Shown here one piece after another: positions 56,816 to 64,000 of a stretch of 64,000 nt of DNA. A program made the position numbers and the translations under genes. The first letter of the stretch is position 1; each line of letters opens with the position of its first letter. This DNA is from an uncultured Gammaproteobacteria bacterium. GTDB taxonomy: Bacteria > Pseudomonadota > Gammaproteobacteria > HyVt-429. The stretch lies in NCBI GenBank assembly GCA_947259975.1, contig CAMYOD010000018.1, positions 103,629 through 167,628 on the forward strand. Reading direction: 5' to 3'. The notes under the pieces are model-generated. The model ran no database searches. It saw only the letters and a program-made list of their open reading frames with translations, and was not told where the DNA came from.

Positions 56816-57136
56816 TTAGCGATCGCCGGTGTCTCGCAGGATCTCTTCGATCTTGCGCACTTCGGTCTCGGCGTCGTACCAATTCTGCTCATCGTTTTCG
56901 CCGCCGGGTCGCTGCGAGTGCATGCGGGCGAGCATCTCGATCATGCGCTGGCGCTGCTCCGGAGTGATCGAAATGGCGCCGCCGAACCGGCCCCGTTTCA
57001 GGTCGCCGCCGACCTGCTTCAGTTTCTTGAGCGTTGGTGCCATGCGTTTCTCGATGCCTTGTTCGACTTCGACGACGCGCGTCCGAACCGTCTCCAGCTC
57101 CGCGGCAACCTTTTTAAGGGTAAGTTTCTTGCCCAT
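56816..57136 (-). CDS. Small (106 aa) coiled-coil protein with a basic N-terminus
   Basis: It starts MGKKLTLKKVAAELETVRTRV and contains NWYDAETEV. It is the last gene on the strand of the CHAD/ParA/CYTH cluster, and its stop lies 8 nt from the ppk1 stop. Confidence 0.5.
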   Translation of the reverse strand: MGKKLTLKKVAAELETVRTRVVEVEQGIEKRMAPTLKKLKQVGGDLKRGRFGGAISITPEQRQRMIEMLARMHSQRPGGENDEQNWYDAETEVRKIEEILRDTGDR

Positions 57137-57240
57137 TTTCAATTCTGCCTGTTTCAGCTCCGTGTTTGGAATCGCCCAATCATACAATTTTCAGCCAGCC
57201 GAAACGATGACGTGCCGGATCGGGACCCTATTGCTGGGAG

Positions 57241-57705
57241 TTACCACTCGCAAAATGGGTGGGTGACCAGATTAATATTGAGATAACGCGGGTCATGGCT
57301 GACGTCTGTACCCGCCCAAGCAGGCAGATCGATCGCCTGGTCTTCCGACTCGAGTTCGACCTCGGCGACCACGAGCCCGGCATTGGCGCCAGCGAACTCG
57401 TCGATCTCCCAGGTGAGACCGGCGTGTAGCAGGCGGTAGCGGGTCTTGTCGATGATCGGCTGGAGCGACAATTCCAGCAGTGTCTCTGCGTCTGTTTTCG
57501 GGATGACGTATTCGAATTCGTACCGTGACAAGGCCGAAATCCCGCTCTTGATGTTGAGCCAGGCCCGGTCCGCAGTAATACGCACGCGCACCGAACGTTC
57601 GGGATCGAGGGACAGGTAGGCCTGGCGCATGTGGGTGCCCCGGTCGGCCATCCTGCGCCACGAATCGTCGCGCAACAGGAATTTTCGCTCGATTTCTTTA
57701 CCCAT
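57241..57705 (-). CDS. CYTH domain protein (triphosphate tunnel metalloenzyme, CyaB/NeuTTM-like)
   Basis: It carries EIERKFLL, RVRI, WEIDEF and VVAEVELES. Confidence 0.85.
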   Translation of the reverse strand: MGKEIERKFLLRDDSWRRMADRGTHMRQAYLSLDPERSVRVRITADRAWLNIKSGISALSRYEFEYVIPKTDAETLLELSLQPIIDKTRYRLLHAGLTWEIDEFAGANAGLVVAEVELESEDQAIDLPAWAGTDVSHDPRYLNINLVTHPFCEW

Positions 57706-57715
57706 GCTGCGCGGC

Positions 57716-58471
57716 CTACCGATCCGCGCCTTCCAGGCGTTTGCGGATTTCGTGCCACAGTGACTGATAGGCCAGCGCCGAGGGGCTGCGCTCGGTGTGG
57801 GCAAGCAGCGGTGCGCGCCGCAAACCCATTTTTTCTATGTCGCTGGCGTAGGGAATGTAGGTCCCGAGTACGCCGGTGGCCGCTTTCGGCGGGTGTTCCA
57901 GGATCAGGCGATGCAGACCCTTGCGCCGGTCCACCATGGAGAAGAACGGTAATAGCACGAGTTCACTCAAGTCCCGTTTCGCGCAAAATTTGACCAACTG
58001 CCGCAGCGTGCGCAGCGACAGGGTCGTCGGAATCGTCGGTACCAGCAAGGCATCGGCGGCATAGAATACATTTTCGGATACCAGCGAAATGCTTGGTGCA
58101 CAGTCGAGAAAGACATAGTCATAACTCGCGCGCAGCGGTTTGAGAATCTTTTGTAGTCTCCGCAGGGGCTTTTTGTGCCGGTTGAGTTGCAGGTCGAGAT
58201 TACGGAAGGAAAAGTCCGCCGGCAGCAGATCGAGTCGCTCGTAGTCGGTCCCCTTGATGGCGTTGATTATCCGTCGTTTGCCGCCGAACAGGCGGCGGCC
58301 GCCGCCCTTGACCTTCGGTTCGATGCGGAAGTAGAAGCTCGCGGCCGCCTGCGGGTCCAGATCCCAGACGAGGGTCCGCGCACCTTCCTGCGCCGCCAGG
58401 TAGGCGAGATTGACCGCGGTGGTGGTTTTGCCGACCCCACCCTTGATGTTGTAACAGGCCAGGACCTTCAT
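57716..58471 (-). CDS. ParA/Soj-family deviant Walker-A ATPase (orphan, no ParB nearby)
   Basis: It starts MKVLACYNIKGGVGKTTTAVNLAYLAA and carries DLDPQAAAS and VFLDCAPS. Its ATG overlaps the CHAD gene stop (ATGA). Confidence 0.9.
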   Translation of the reverse strand: MKVLACYNIKGGVGKTTTAVNLAYLAAQEGARTLVWDLDPQAAASFYFRIEPKVKGGGRRLFGGKRRIINAIKGTDYERLDLLPADFSFRNLDLQLNRHKKPLRRLQKILKPLRASYDYVFLDCAPSISLVSENVFYAADALLVPTIPTTLSLRTLRQLVKFCAKRDLSELVLLPFFSMVDRRKGLHRLILEHPPKAATGVLGTYIPYASDIEKMGLRRAPLLAHTERSPSALAYQSLWHEIRKRLEGADR

Positions 58472-60066
58472 GCCGCCGCCTTCGTGTCCGGGCGGAACAG
58501 TGTCTCGAAGCGCTTTTGCACCGCCGGTCGACTGAACTTGTCGAAGCGCGCCTGAAACTCGGCCTGGGCGGCGCGTTGCCGGGTCGCGAGTGTCTCGACC
58601 AGAGCATTCATGGCAACCACGGTCTCGAGCCCGGCCCTGCCCGCGGCCTGCATCTCGCTGCTGAATTGCCTCAGGGTGTGCGTCTGTACCTGAAGATCCT
58701 GAAAGTCCCCCAGGTTATCCTGCAGCCTTTTAAGGGATGCCAGGATTTTTGCGGTGTCGTCCTCCGGATACAGGCACTGGAAGAACTCGATGAGATAGCG
58801 CAGTTTCTTACAGGTTTTGCGCAACTCATGCAGCGCTTCCGGCGGTGATTTGTCATCGATGGCGCTGCCTTCCTCGATGGCTCGGCGGTACATGCGCCAG
58901 ATGCGCTCATCCGCCACGTCTCCCACCGGTCGAGTGGCATTGCGCAACCGGGTCCGCTCCGGGACCGCCGCCGCGAGAAAGTCTTTCCAGTCCGCCAATA
59001 GCCGTTGGTAGCGCTTTGACCGCAGGTGGTGCACGAGTTGGCGCTGCTCATGCCGCTGCCGTGCCTCGATGAAATCACGCAGGGGCTGCAATGCCGGGCG
59101 CAGTCGCGGCTCGATGCTACGGCGATAGCCGTCATACTTTAGTAAGTAGACATCCATATCCCGCGTAGGACCGGTAATCTGCTGTAGCCAGGCAAAGCCG
59201 GCGCGAAAGCGGTTCACCCGGGCTACCGGAAACACTCCCTTGATCTGGCTCAATGCGGTACGAGTGCGCCGCACGGCGACGCGAAAGTCGTGCACGAACT
59301 CCGAGTCCAGGTCCCGCCGCATCCCGTCTTCGTTGGCCTGCATGATCTCCAGCAGGCGCCATAGAACGATCTTGGTGGCGGAATCGGCGCGCGCCCCGGG
59401 GTCAAGCCGCAGATCGAGTTTTGAACTGTAGCCGCCCGGCGTAACGCCGCAGTCGGCGAGCACGTTCGACCAGGGATCCTCGGGCAGCGGTTCGAGCCCG
59501 AGCTCCTTGCCGCAGAATGTCCGCAGTCGCCGCGCTGGTTTCGGGTAGCCGCGCACCGGCGCGACGATGAGTTCGTGCTTTCGCTTGCCGCGTTTGCGTC
59601 CGCCCGGGCTGAGGGTCTGTTCCTCGACGATGAGCAGACGCGCCACCGTTTTTTTGTTTTGGTCCAGTATTGCAAGGGGCGTCGTACGCCGACGCGCCCG
59701 CGCGACTGGCAGCAGCGCGCGTACCCCCAGCAGGGGTGCCAGCATCCGCCGCAGGGCGCCGGTCGGCAGGTCAGGAGCGAAACGCGGCGGGGCCGCCGCG
59801 GGTGCGACCATCCCGTCATCGTCAGCCCCTGACTCCCGCAGGTGCAATGTCGGCGGCTCGCCTTTGACCTGCCGGGACTCGAATATCTTGCCGGCGGCAA
59901 AAAGGCGCCAGTCGAACGAGTCGTAGTAGGTCGATTCGCTGACGCGCAGCGCCTCCGCCGCGCACGGCATCATCTGGTTGATGCGTGCCATGATCCGCTT
60001 TGCGGTCAGTCGGGCGTCGAGTGCGAATCGGTTCGTTGGGGTGGTCATGGGGCGGTCGGTCGGCAC
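58468..60066 (-). CDS. CYTH-CHAD two-domain protein (YgiF-like architecture)
   Basis: It has an N-terminal CYTH-like region (YYDSFDWRLF) and the CHAD helices with VHDFRVAVRRTRTALS and LHELRKTCKKLRYLIEF. Confidence 0.85.
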   Translation of the reverse strand: MPTDRPMTTPTNRFALDARLTAKRIMARINQMMPCAAEALRVSESTYYDSFDWRLFAAGKIFESRQVKGEPPTLHLRESGADDDGMVAPAAAPPRFAPDLPTGALRRMLAPLLGVRALLPVARARRRTTPLAILDQNKKTVARLLIVEEQTLSPGGRKRGKRKHELIVAPVRGYPKPARRLRTFCGKELGLEPLPEDPWSNVLADCGVTPGGYSSKLDLRLDPGARADSATKIVLWRLLEIMQANEDGMRRDLDSEFVHDFRVAVRRTRTALSQIKGVFPVARVNRFRAGFAWLQQITGPTRDMDVYLLKYDGYRRSIEPRLRPALQPLRDFIEARQRHEQRQLVHHLRSKRYQRLLADWKDFLAAAVPERTRLRNATRPVGDVADERIWRMYRRAIEEGSAIDDKSPPEALHELRKTCKKLRYLIEFFQCLYPEDDTAKILASLKRLQDNLGDFQDLQVQTHTLRQFSSEMQAAGRAGLETVVAMNALVETLATRQRAAQAEFQARFDKFSRPAVQKRFETLFRPDTKAAA

Positions 60067-60235
60067 GCGGCCGACAACGTTCGCGGAATACGGTTACGGC
60101 CGCCGTTAGCGTATCACACCGCGCCCCGGATAATTATGACAGCGGGCGTCCACTGGCGGCGCGACATCATGGAATGCCACAGGAGCGCGATCAGGTTATT
60201 ATTTCGTTTATCTCTGCGATGAATATCATTCTTGC

Positions 60236-60643
60236 ATGCGAAGCCTGATCGAACTCGCCAGTCAGCAGCGAGAGCAACTGATCGACATCACCGACCAGGT
60301 CCGTCGCCTGGCGGAGGATAGCGCGGTGCGCGACGGCCTGCTTGCACTCTACGCCCAGGGCGCGACCGCCGCGATCATGATTCAGGAAAACTGGGACGCC
60401 AGCGTGCCGACTGACGTGGTCAACCTGCTGCAGAAACTGATTCCGCGGGGCGTCTGGCTGCACGACCAGCAGGACGGCAACGGCGACGCCCATCTGAAGT
60501 CGGGTCTGGTGGGGCCCTCCGAGACGATTCCCATCATCGACGGTGAGCTCGGCCTGTCCCGCTGGCAGGGCGTCTTTTTCTGCGAATTCGACGGCCCGCG
60601 CGCGCAGCGTACTGTCGTGTGCACGATTATCGAAAACTCTTGA
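60236..60643 (+). CDS. yjbQ: YjbQ/UPF0047 family protein (secondary thiamine-phosphate synthase)
   Basis: It carries TAAIMIQENWD, GNGDAHLKS and GLSRWQGVFFCEFDGPR. Confidence 0.8.
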   Translation: MRSLIELASQQREQLIDITDQVRRLAEDSAVRDGLLALYAQGATAAIMIQENWDASVPTDVVNLLQKLIPRGVWLHDQQDGNGDAHLKSGLVGPSETIPIIDGELGLSRWQGVFFCEFDGPRAQRTVVCTIIENS

Positions 60644-60772
60644 CCAACCGGCCGGAAACACAGAAACGGGACAGCGTCGCGATGGCGGTCCGCAAGATCC
60701 CGTTCGAGATCATCGGGATCCTCGAGTCGAAGGGCGCCAGCGCCAACGCGGGAAGCGACGAGGACAACCAGA

Positions 60773-61144
60773 TTGTTCAACTGGATCCGCGACACCTTCG
60801 GCTACGACCGCAACCACTACGATCGTCTCGGGCATATTGCGCAAGGGTTCTTCCCGGTCATCATCGCGCGCGAGATCTTGCTGCGTTTATCACCTTTGCA
60901 GACGGGCAAATGGTTGTTCTTCCTCGCCGTATGCATATGTCTCGCCATCAGCGCGTTTTACGAGATGATCGAATGGTGGGTGGCGCTCGCCTCCGGCAGC
61001 GAGGCGGTGGCGTTTCTCGGCACCCAGGGGGATGTCTGGGACACGCAATGGGATATGTTCCTGGCCCTGAGCGGGGCGACGCTATCCTTATTATTACTCA
61101 GTCGTTGGCATGACGCGTCCCTGCGCCGGATCGGGGTCAGATGA
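60773..61144 (+). CDS. DUF2238 (YjdF-like) membrane protein, apparently lacking the N-terminal third
   Basis: It starts at a TTG inside the conserved FNWIRDTFGYDRNHYDRLGHIAQGF segment. Only 129 nt separate it from yjbQ, and these do not encode the expected N-terminal TM helices in any frame. Confidence 0.5.
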   Translation: MFNWIRDTFGYDRNHYDRLGHIAQGFFPVIIAREILLRLSPLQTGKWLFFLAVCICLAISAFYEMIEWWVALASGSEAVAFLGTQGDVWDTQWDMFLALSGATLSLLLLSRWHDASLRRIGVR

Positions 61145-61449
61145 AACGCGTGTACACCGCCGCGGATCTGCCCGGTGCGTACATCGTCCTGAATCTGCTC
61201 ACGCAGCGGGGCATCGATGCCCATGTCTTCAACGAGAATGCCCAGGGTGGCCTCGGCGAAATTCCCTTCACCCACGTCTATCCGGAGATCTGGCTCGACG
61301 ATGAGCGTGATTTCGAACTCGCGCGCCAGATCATCGCCGGGCACGAGAATGCTGCAACACCGCAGGGGTCGCGCGATTGCGCACACTGCGGCGAGGCCAA
61401 TCCCAGCAATTTCGACCTCTGCTGGAATTGCGGCAAACCTTTCGCCTGA
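61141..61449 (+). CDS. DUF2007 domain protein with a C-terminal zinc-ribbon
   Basis: It carries MKRVYTAADLPGAYIVLNLLTQRGIDAHV and CAHCGEANPSNFDLCWNCG. It has an ATGA overlap with the previous ORF. Confidence 0.7.
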   Translation: MKRVYTAADLPGAYIVLNLLTQRGIDAHVFNENAQGGLGEIPFTHVYPEIWLDDERDFELARQIIAGHENAATPQGSRDCAHCGEANPSNFDLCWNCGKPFA

Positions 61450-61529
61450 GCCTGCTTTGGCCGCCCCGGCGACTGTGGTTTAATAACGCCCCTTCGCAGC
61501 GGCGCGCGCGCCGACATCCAGGACTACCA

Positions 61530-61766
61530 ATGCCGTATTTTGTCTACAAGATTTCGCAGGACCCGGAGCTTGGCAAGAAGCTTGATCACGTCGATACTTT
61601 CGACGTCTTCAAGGAAGCGATGAAGTTGTGCCGCACGATGCGTGCCGAAAAGCCGGCGGCCGAGAACTACGAGGTGCGCATGATCTTTGCCAAGGACACC
61701 CGCGAAGCGAGACGACTCTTGACCACGACGCGCAAGGCATCGCAGGTCGAGGAATGGGAAGTATAG
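61530..61766 (+). CDS. Small conserved-looking hypothetical protein (78 aa)
   Basis: It is the ORF MPYFVYKISQDPELGKKLDHV... I recognised no family. Confidence 0.45.
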   Translation: MPYFVYKISQDPELGKKLDHVDTFDVFKEAMKLCRTMRAEKPAAENYEVRMIFAKDTREARRLLTTTRKASQVEEWEV

Positions 61767-61918
61767 GCCACGGCGGCAACCGGGCCACAATGAAAGACGA
61801 TTGCCGGCAGCTCATGACCTCGCCGGACATGATGTATTCAACACCCGGCGTATCCAATCCCCCAGCGCACTGCAATTCCTGATCAGTGTGTACCTGATTC
61901 TCGATCGAAAAATCATCG

Positions 61919-64000
61919 ATGGCGCGGCGTACTAAGGCGAAAAAGAAGACGGCAGCGCGCCGGCCGAAGCGCGCTGCACGCGGCCGTCGTAGAACAAAAG
62001 CCCGCAACACGCGCAAGTTTTTACTGTTCGCACTATTTTGGCTGCTGCTGGCGGCCGTCGCTGCGGTCGTCTATCTCGATCGTGCCGTGCAGACAAAATT
62101 CGAAGGCAAGCGCTGGGCATTACCCGCACACATCTATGCGCGACCGTTGGAACTCTATGAGGGTTTGCGGTTAAACGCGCACGAACTCGCCGCAGAACTC
62201 GAGGCCCTCGGCTACCGCAGCGCGGCAGATACGGGTCGGCCCGCAACCTACCGTCGCCGTGGCGGTGAATTCCATATCACCTCGCGATCGTTTCGGTTCT
62301 GGGATGGTGAACAGGCCGCGCGCCGGTTCGTCGTGCGCCTTGACGATCAACACGTCAGCGCATTGCGCGCGCAAGACGACCGCGGCGCGTTGCCGCTGGC
62401 GCGCCTGGAGCCGCTACTCATCGGCAGTATTCATCCCGCGCATCACGAGGATCGTACCCTGGTGCGCGTGGACGACGTGCCGGAGAATCTCATCTCCGCA
62501 TTGCTGGCGATCGAGGATCGAAACTTCTATCGCCACTTTGGCGTCGATCCGCGCGGTCTGGCGCGTGCCCTGTGGACCAATCTGCGCGCACGCCGCGCCG
62601 TACAGGGCGGCAGCACGCTGACGCAACAATTGGTGAAGAACTTCTATCTCACCTCGGAGCGGACCTTACGACGCAAGCTCATCGAGCTGGTGATGGCATT
62701 GTCCCTCGAAGCGCATTATCAAAAGGATGAGATTCTCGAGGCCTACCTCAACGAGATCTATCTGGGCCAACGAGGCAACCGGGCAATTCACGGTTTTGGT
62801 CTCGCCAGCCAGTTTTACTTTGGTCGCCCGCTGCAGGAGCTGGAGCTGCATGAGTTGGCATTGCTGGTGGGTATGATCAAAGGGCCGTCCTATTACAATC
62901 CACGGCGCAATCCGGAACGTGCATTGGCACGTCGCAATCTGGTGCTCGAGGAGATGGTCGCGCAGGGTTTTGTCGCAGAGGCGGATGTCGCGAAAGCGCG
63001 CGAGCGGCCCCTGGGCGTGACGACGCAAGCATTGACGCAAAAGACCGCGCACACCGCGTTCGTCGATTTTGTGCGACGCCAGTTGCAGCGGGATTATCGG
63101 GAGGAAGATCTACGCTCGGAAGGCCTGCAGATCTTCACCACCCTCGACCCCCGGGTGCAGCATGCCGCCGAGCATGCGGTGCGGTCACGGCTGACTGCGC
63201 TCGAGGGTCAGCGCGGTTTGCCTGCCGACAGCCTGCAGGCCGCCGCGGTCGTCACCACCACGGACAACGGCGAAGTATTGGCGATCGTCGGCGGCCGCGA
63301 CCAAACCGGCGGCGGATTCAATCGCGCCCTGGACGCGCGCCGCGCGATCGGGTCGCTGGCGAAACCCGCGGTGTATCTCACCGCCTTACAGCGGCCGAAT
63401 CGGTTTACCGTATTGAGTGCGGTCGATGACAGTCCCCTGGTCTGGAAGGAGCGCGGCGCACCGCCGTGGGAACCGCAGAATTTTGACCAGCGCTCGCATG
63501 GCGACGTGCCGCTGCGGGAAGCCTTGATCCACTCCTATAATATTGCCACCGCACGACTCGGGCTACAGGTAGGTGTCACCGATGTCATCGACACGTTCCG
63601 GCGCCTGGGCATCGAACAGGATCTGCCGCCGTTTGCCTCCGTCATGCTGGGGGCCGTCGGCATCACGCCGGTTGAGGTGGCGCAGATGTACCAGACACTG
63701 GCCAGCGGTGGATTTCGCGTACCCCTGCGTGCCATCCGCGCGGTTCTGACCGTCGACGGCGCGCCCCTGCAGCGTTACCCGCTGGCCGTGGAGCAAGCCG
63801 CCGCACCGGGGCCGGTGTATCTTTTGAGCACGATCCTGCAGGACGTCGCGCGCACCGGTACTGCCGCGGCGTTGCCAAAACTGCTGTCGCCGGAGCTGAA
63901 TATTGCCGGCAAAACCGGGACCTCGGACGAATTTCGCGACAGTTGGTTTGCGGGTTACACCGGTGACCTGGTGGCCGTGGTCTGGGTCGGGCGCGACGAC
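61919..64000 (+). CDS. mrcB: Penicillin-binding protein 1B (bifunctional glycosyltransferase/transpeptidase), 3' end outside the window
   Basis: It is not in the ORF track because there is no stop before the window end. My own translation gives a basic N-tail, a TM helix and a UB2H-like region. It also gives the GT51 motifs EDRNFYRHFGVDP, QGGSTLTQQLVKN and RKLIELVMALSLE, then the transpeptidase motifs SLAK and SYN. Confidence 0.9.
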   Translation, partial: MARRTKAKKKTAARRPKRAARGRRRTKARNTRKFLLFALFWLLLAAVAAVVYLDRAVQTKFEGKRWALPAHIYARPLELYEGLRLNAHELAAELEALGYRSAADTGRPATYRRRGGEFHITSRSFRFWDGEQAARRFVVRLDDQHVSALRAQDDRGALPLARLEPLLIGSIHPAHHEDRTLVRVDDVPENLISALLAIEDRNFYRHFGVDPRGLARALWTNLRARRAVQGGSTLTQQLVKNFYLTSERTLRRKLIELVMALSLEAHYQKDEILEAYLNEIYLGQRGNRAIHGFGLASQFYFGRPLQELELHELALLVGMIKGPSYYNPRRNPERALARRNLVLEEMVAQGFVAEADVAKARERPLGVTTQALTQKTAHTAFVDFVRRQLQRDYREEDLRSEGLQIFTTLDPRVQHAAEHAVRSRLTALEGQRGLPADSLQAAAVVTTTDNGEVLAIVGGRDQTGGGFNRALDARRAIGSLAKPAVYLTALQRPNRFTVLSAVDDSPLVWKERGAPPWEPQNFDQRSHGDVPLREALIHSYNIATARLGLQVGVTDVIDTFRRLGIEQDLPPFASVMLGAVGITPVEVAQMYQTLASGGFRVPLRAIRAVLTVDGAPLQRYPLAVEQAAAPGPVYLLSTILQDVARTGTAAALPKLLSPELNIAGKTGTSDEFRDSWFAGYTGDLVAVVWVGRDD

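Noticed and set aside
1-64000. Searched by eye for CRISPR arrays, tRNA/rRNA genes, IS elements, integrases, and toxin-antitoxin or restriction-modification genes
   Set aside because: I found no regularly spaced direct repeats, no cloverleaf-like or rRNA-like segments in the intergenic regions, and no transposase, integrase or recombinase motifs in any ORF. The only repeated DNA is the short REP-like family at 43.4-47.4 kb.

Overview
Gene-dense, high-GC (above 60% by eye) proteobacterial chromosomal segment. I found no rRNA, tRNA, CRISPR array, transposase or integrase. The rpe-gph-trpE-trpGDC synteny and Tad/Flp genes suggest a gamma- or betaproteobacterium (inference). Layout: (1) 0-12.3 kb is a copper/heavy-metal homeostasis island. 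It holds a CzcN-like ICMT protein, a roughly 30% methionine periplasmic protein, YHS and small membrane proteins, an FAD oxidoreductase with a Cys-rich tail, a PD-(D/E)xK-like hypothetical, three c-type cytochromes, a cation/H+ antiporter, a thioredoxin-like gene broken by an in-frame TGA, copZ-copA-cupredoxin, and a minus-strand CopD-like / cytochrome c::DUF302 / DUF302 operon. Two nearly identical MerR-type promoters sit at its left end, with no MerR gene in the window. (2) 12.5-15.9 kb holds an MCP and a membrane sulfatase-family protein. (3) 16.4-29 kb is a complete Tad/Flp pilus locus (two flp, cpaA-F, tadBC, two TPR proteins) that ends in an unusual wHTH-AAA+ ATPase. (4) 29-43.4 kb is housekeeping: arsC, a CheY-like regulator, rpe-gph, trpE with a Trp-rich leader ORF, trpGDC, OsmC, DUF885, VOC, a UbiC-like protein, PilZ, and cfa plus an adjacent FAD reductase. 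(5) 43.4-54.4 kb looks accessory and partly lower in GC. It holds an ABC-2 exporter, tandem quinone-oxidoreductase paralogs bracketed by a REP-like repeat family, SulP, GFA, several uncharacterised membrane proteins, and a translationally coupled DUF4062-2TM / membrane coiled-coil pair. (6) 54.4-60.1 kb is a polyphosphate neighbourhood: a perfect Pho-box array, ppk1, and a convergent CYTH-CHAD / ParA-like ATPase / CYTH / small basic protein operon. (7) 60.2-64 kb holds yjbQ, a truncated DUF2238, DUF2007, a small ORF and 5'-partial mrcB. The two candidates I rate highest are the ParA-containing polyphosphate operon and the DUF4062-TM / coiled-coil pair. All functional calls come from motif recognition by eye, because no searches could be run.
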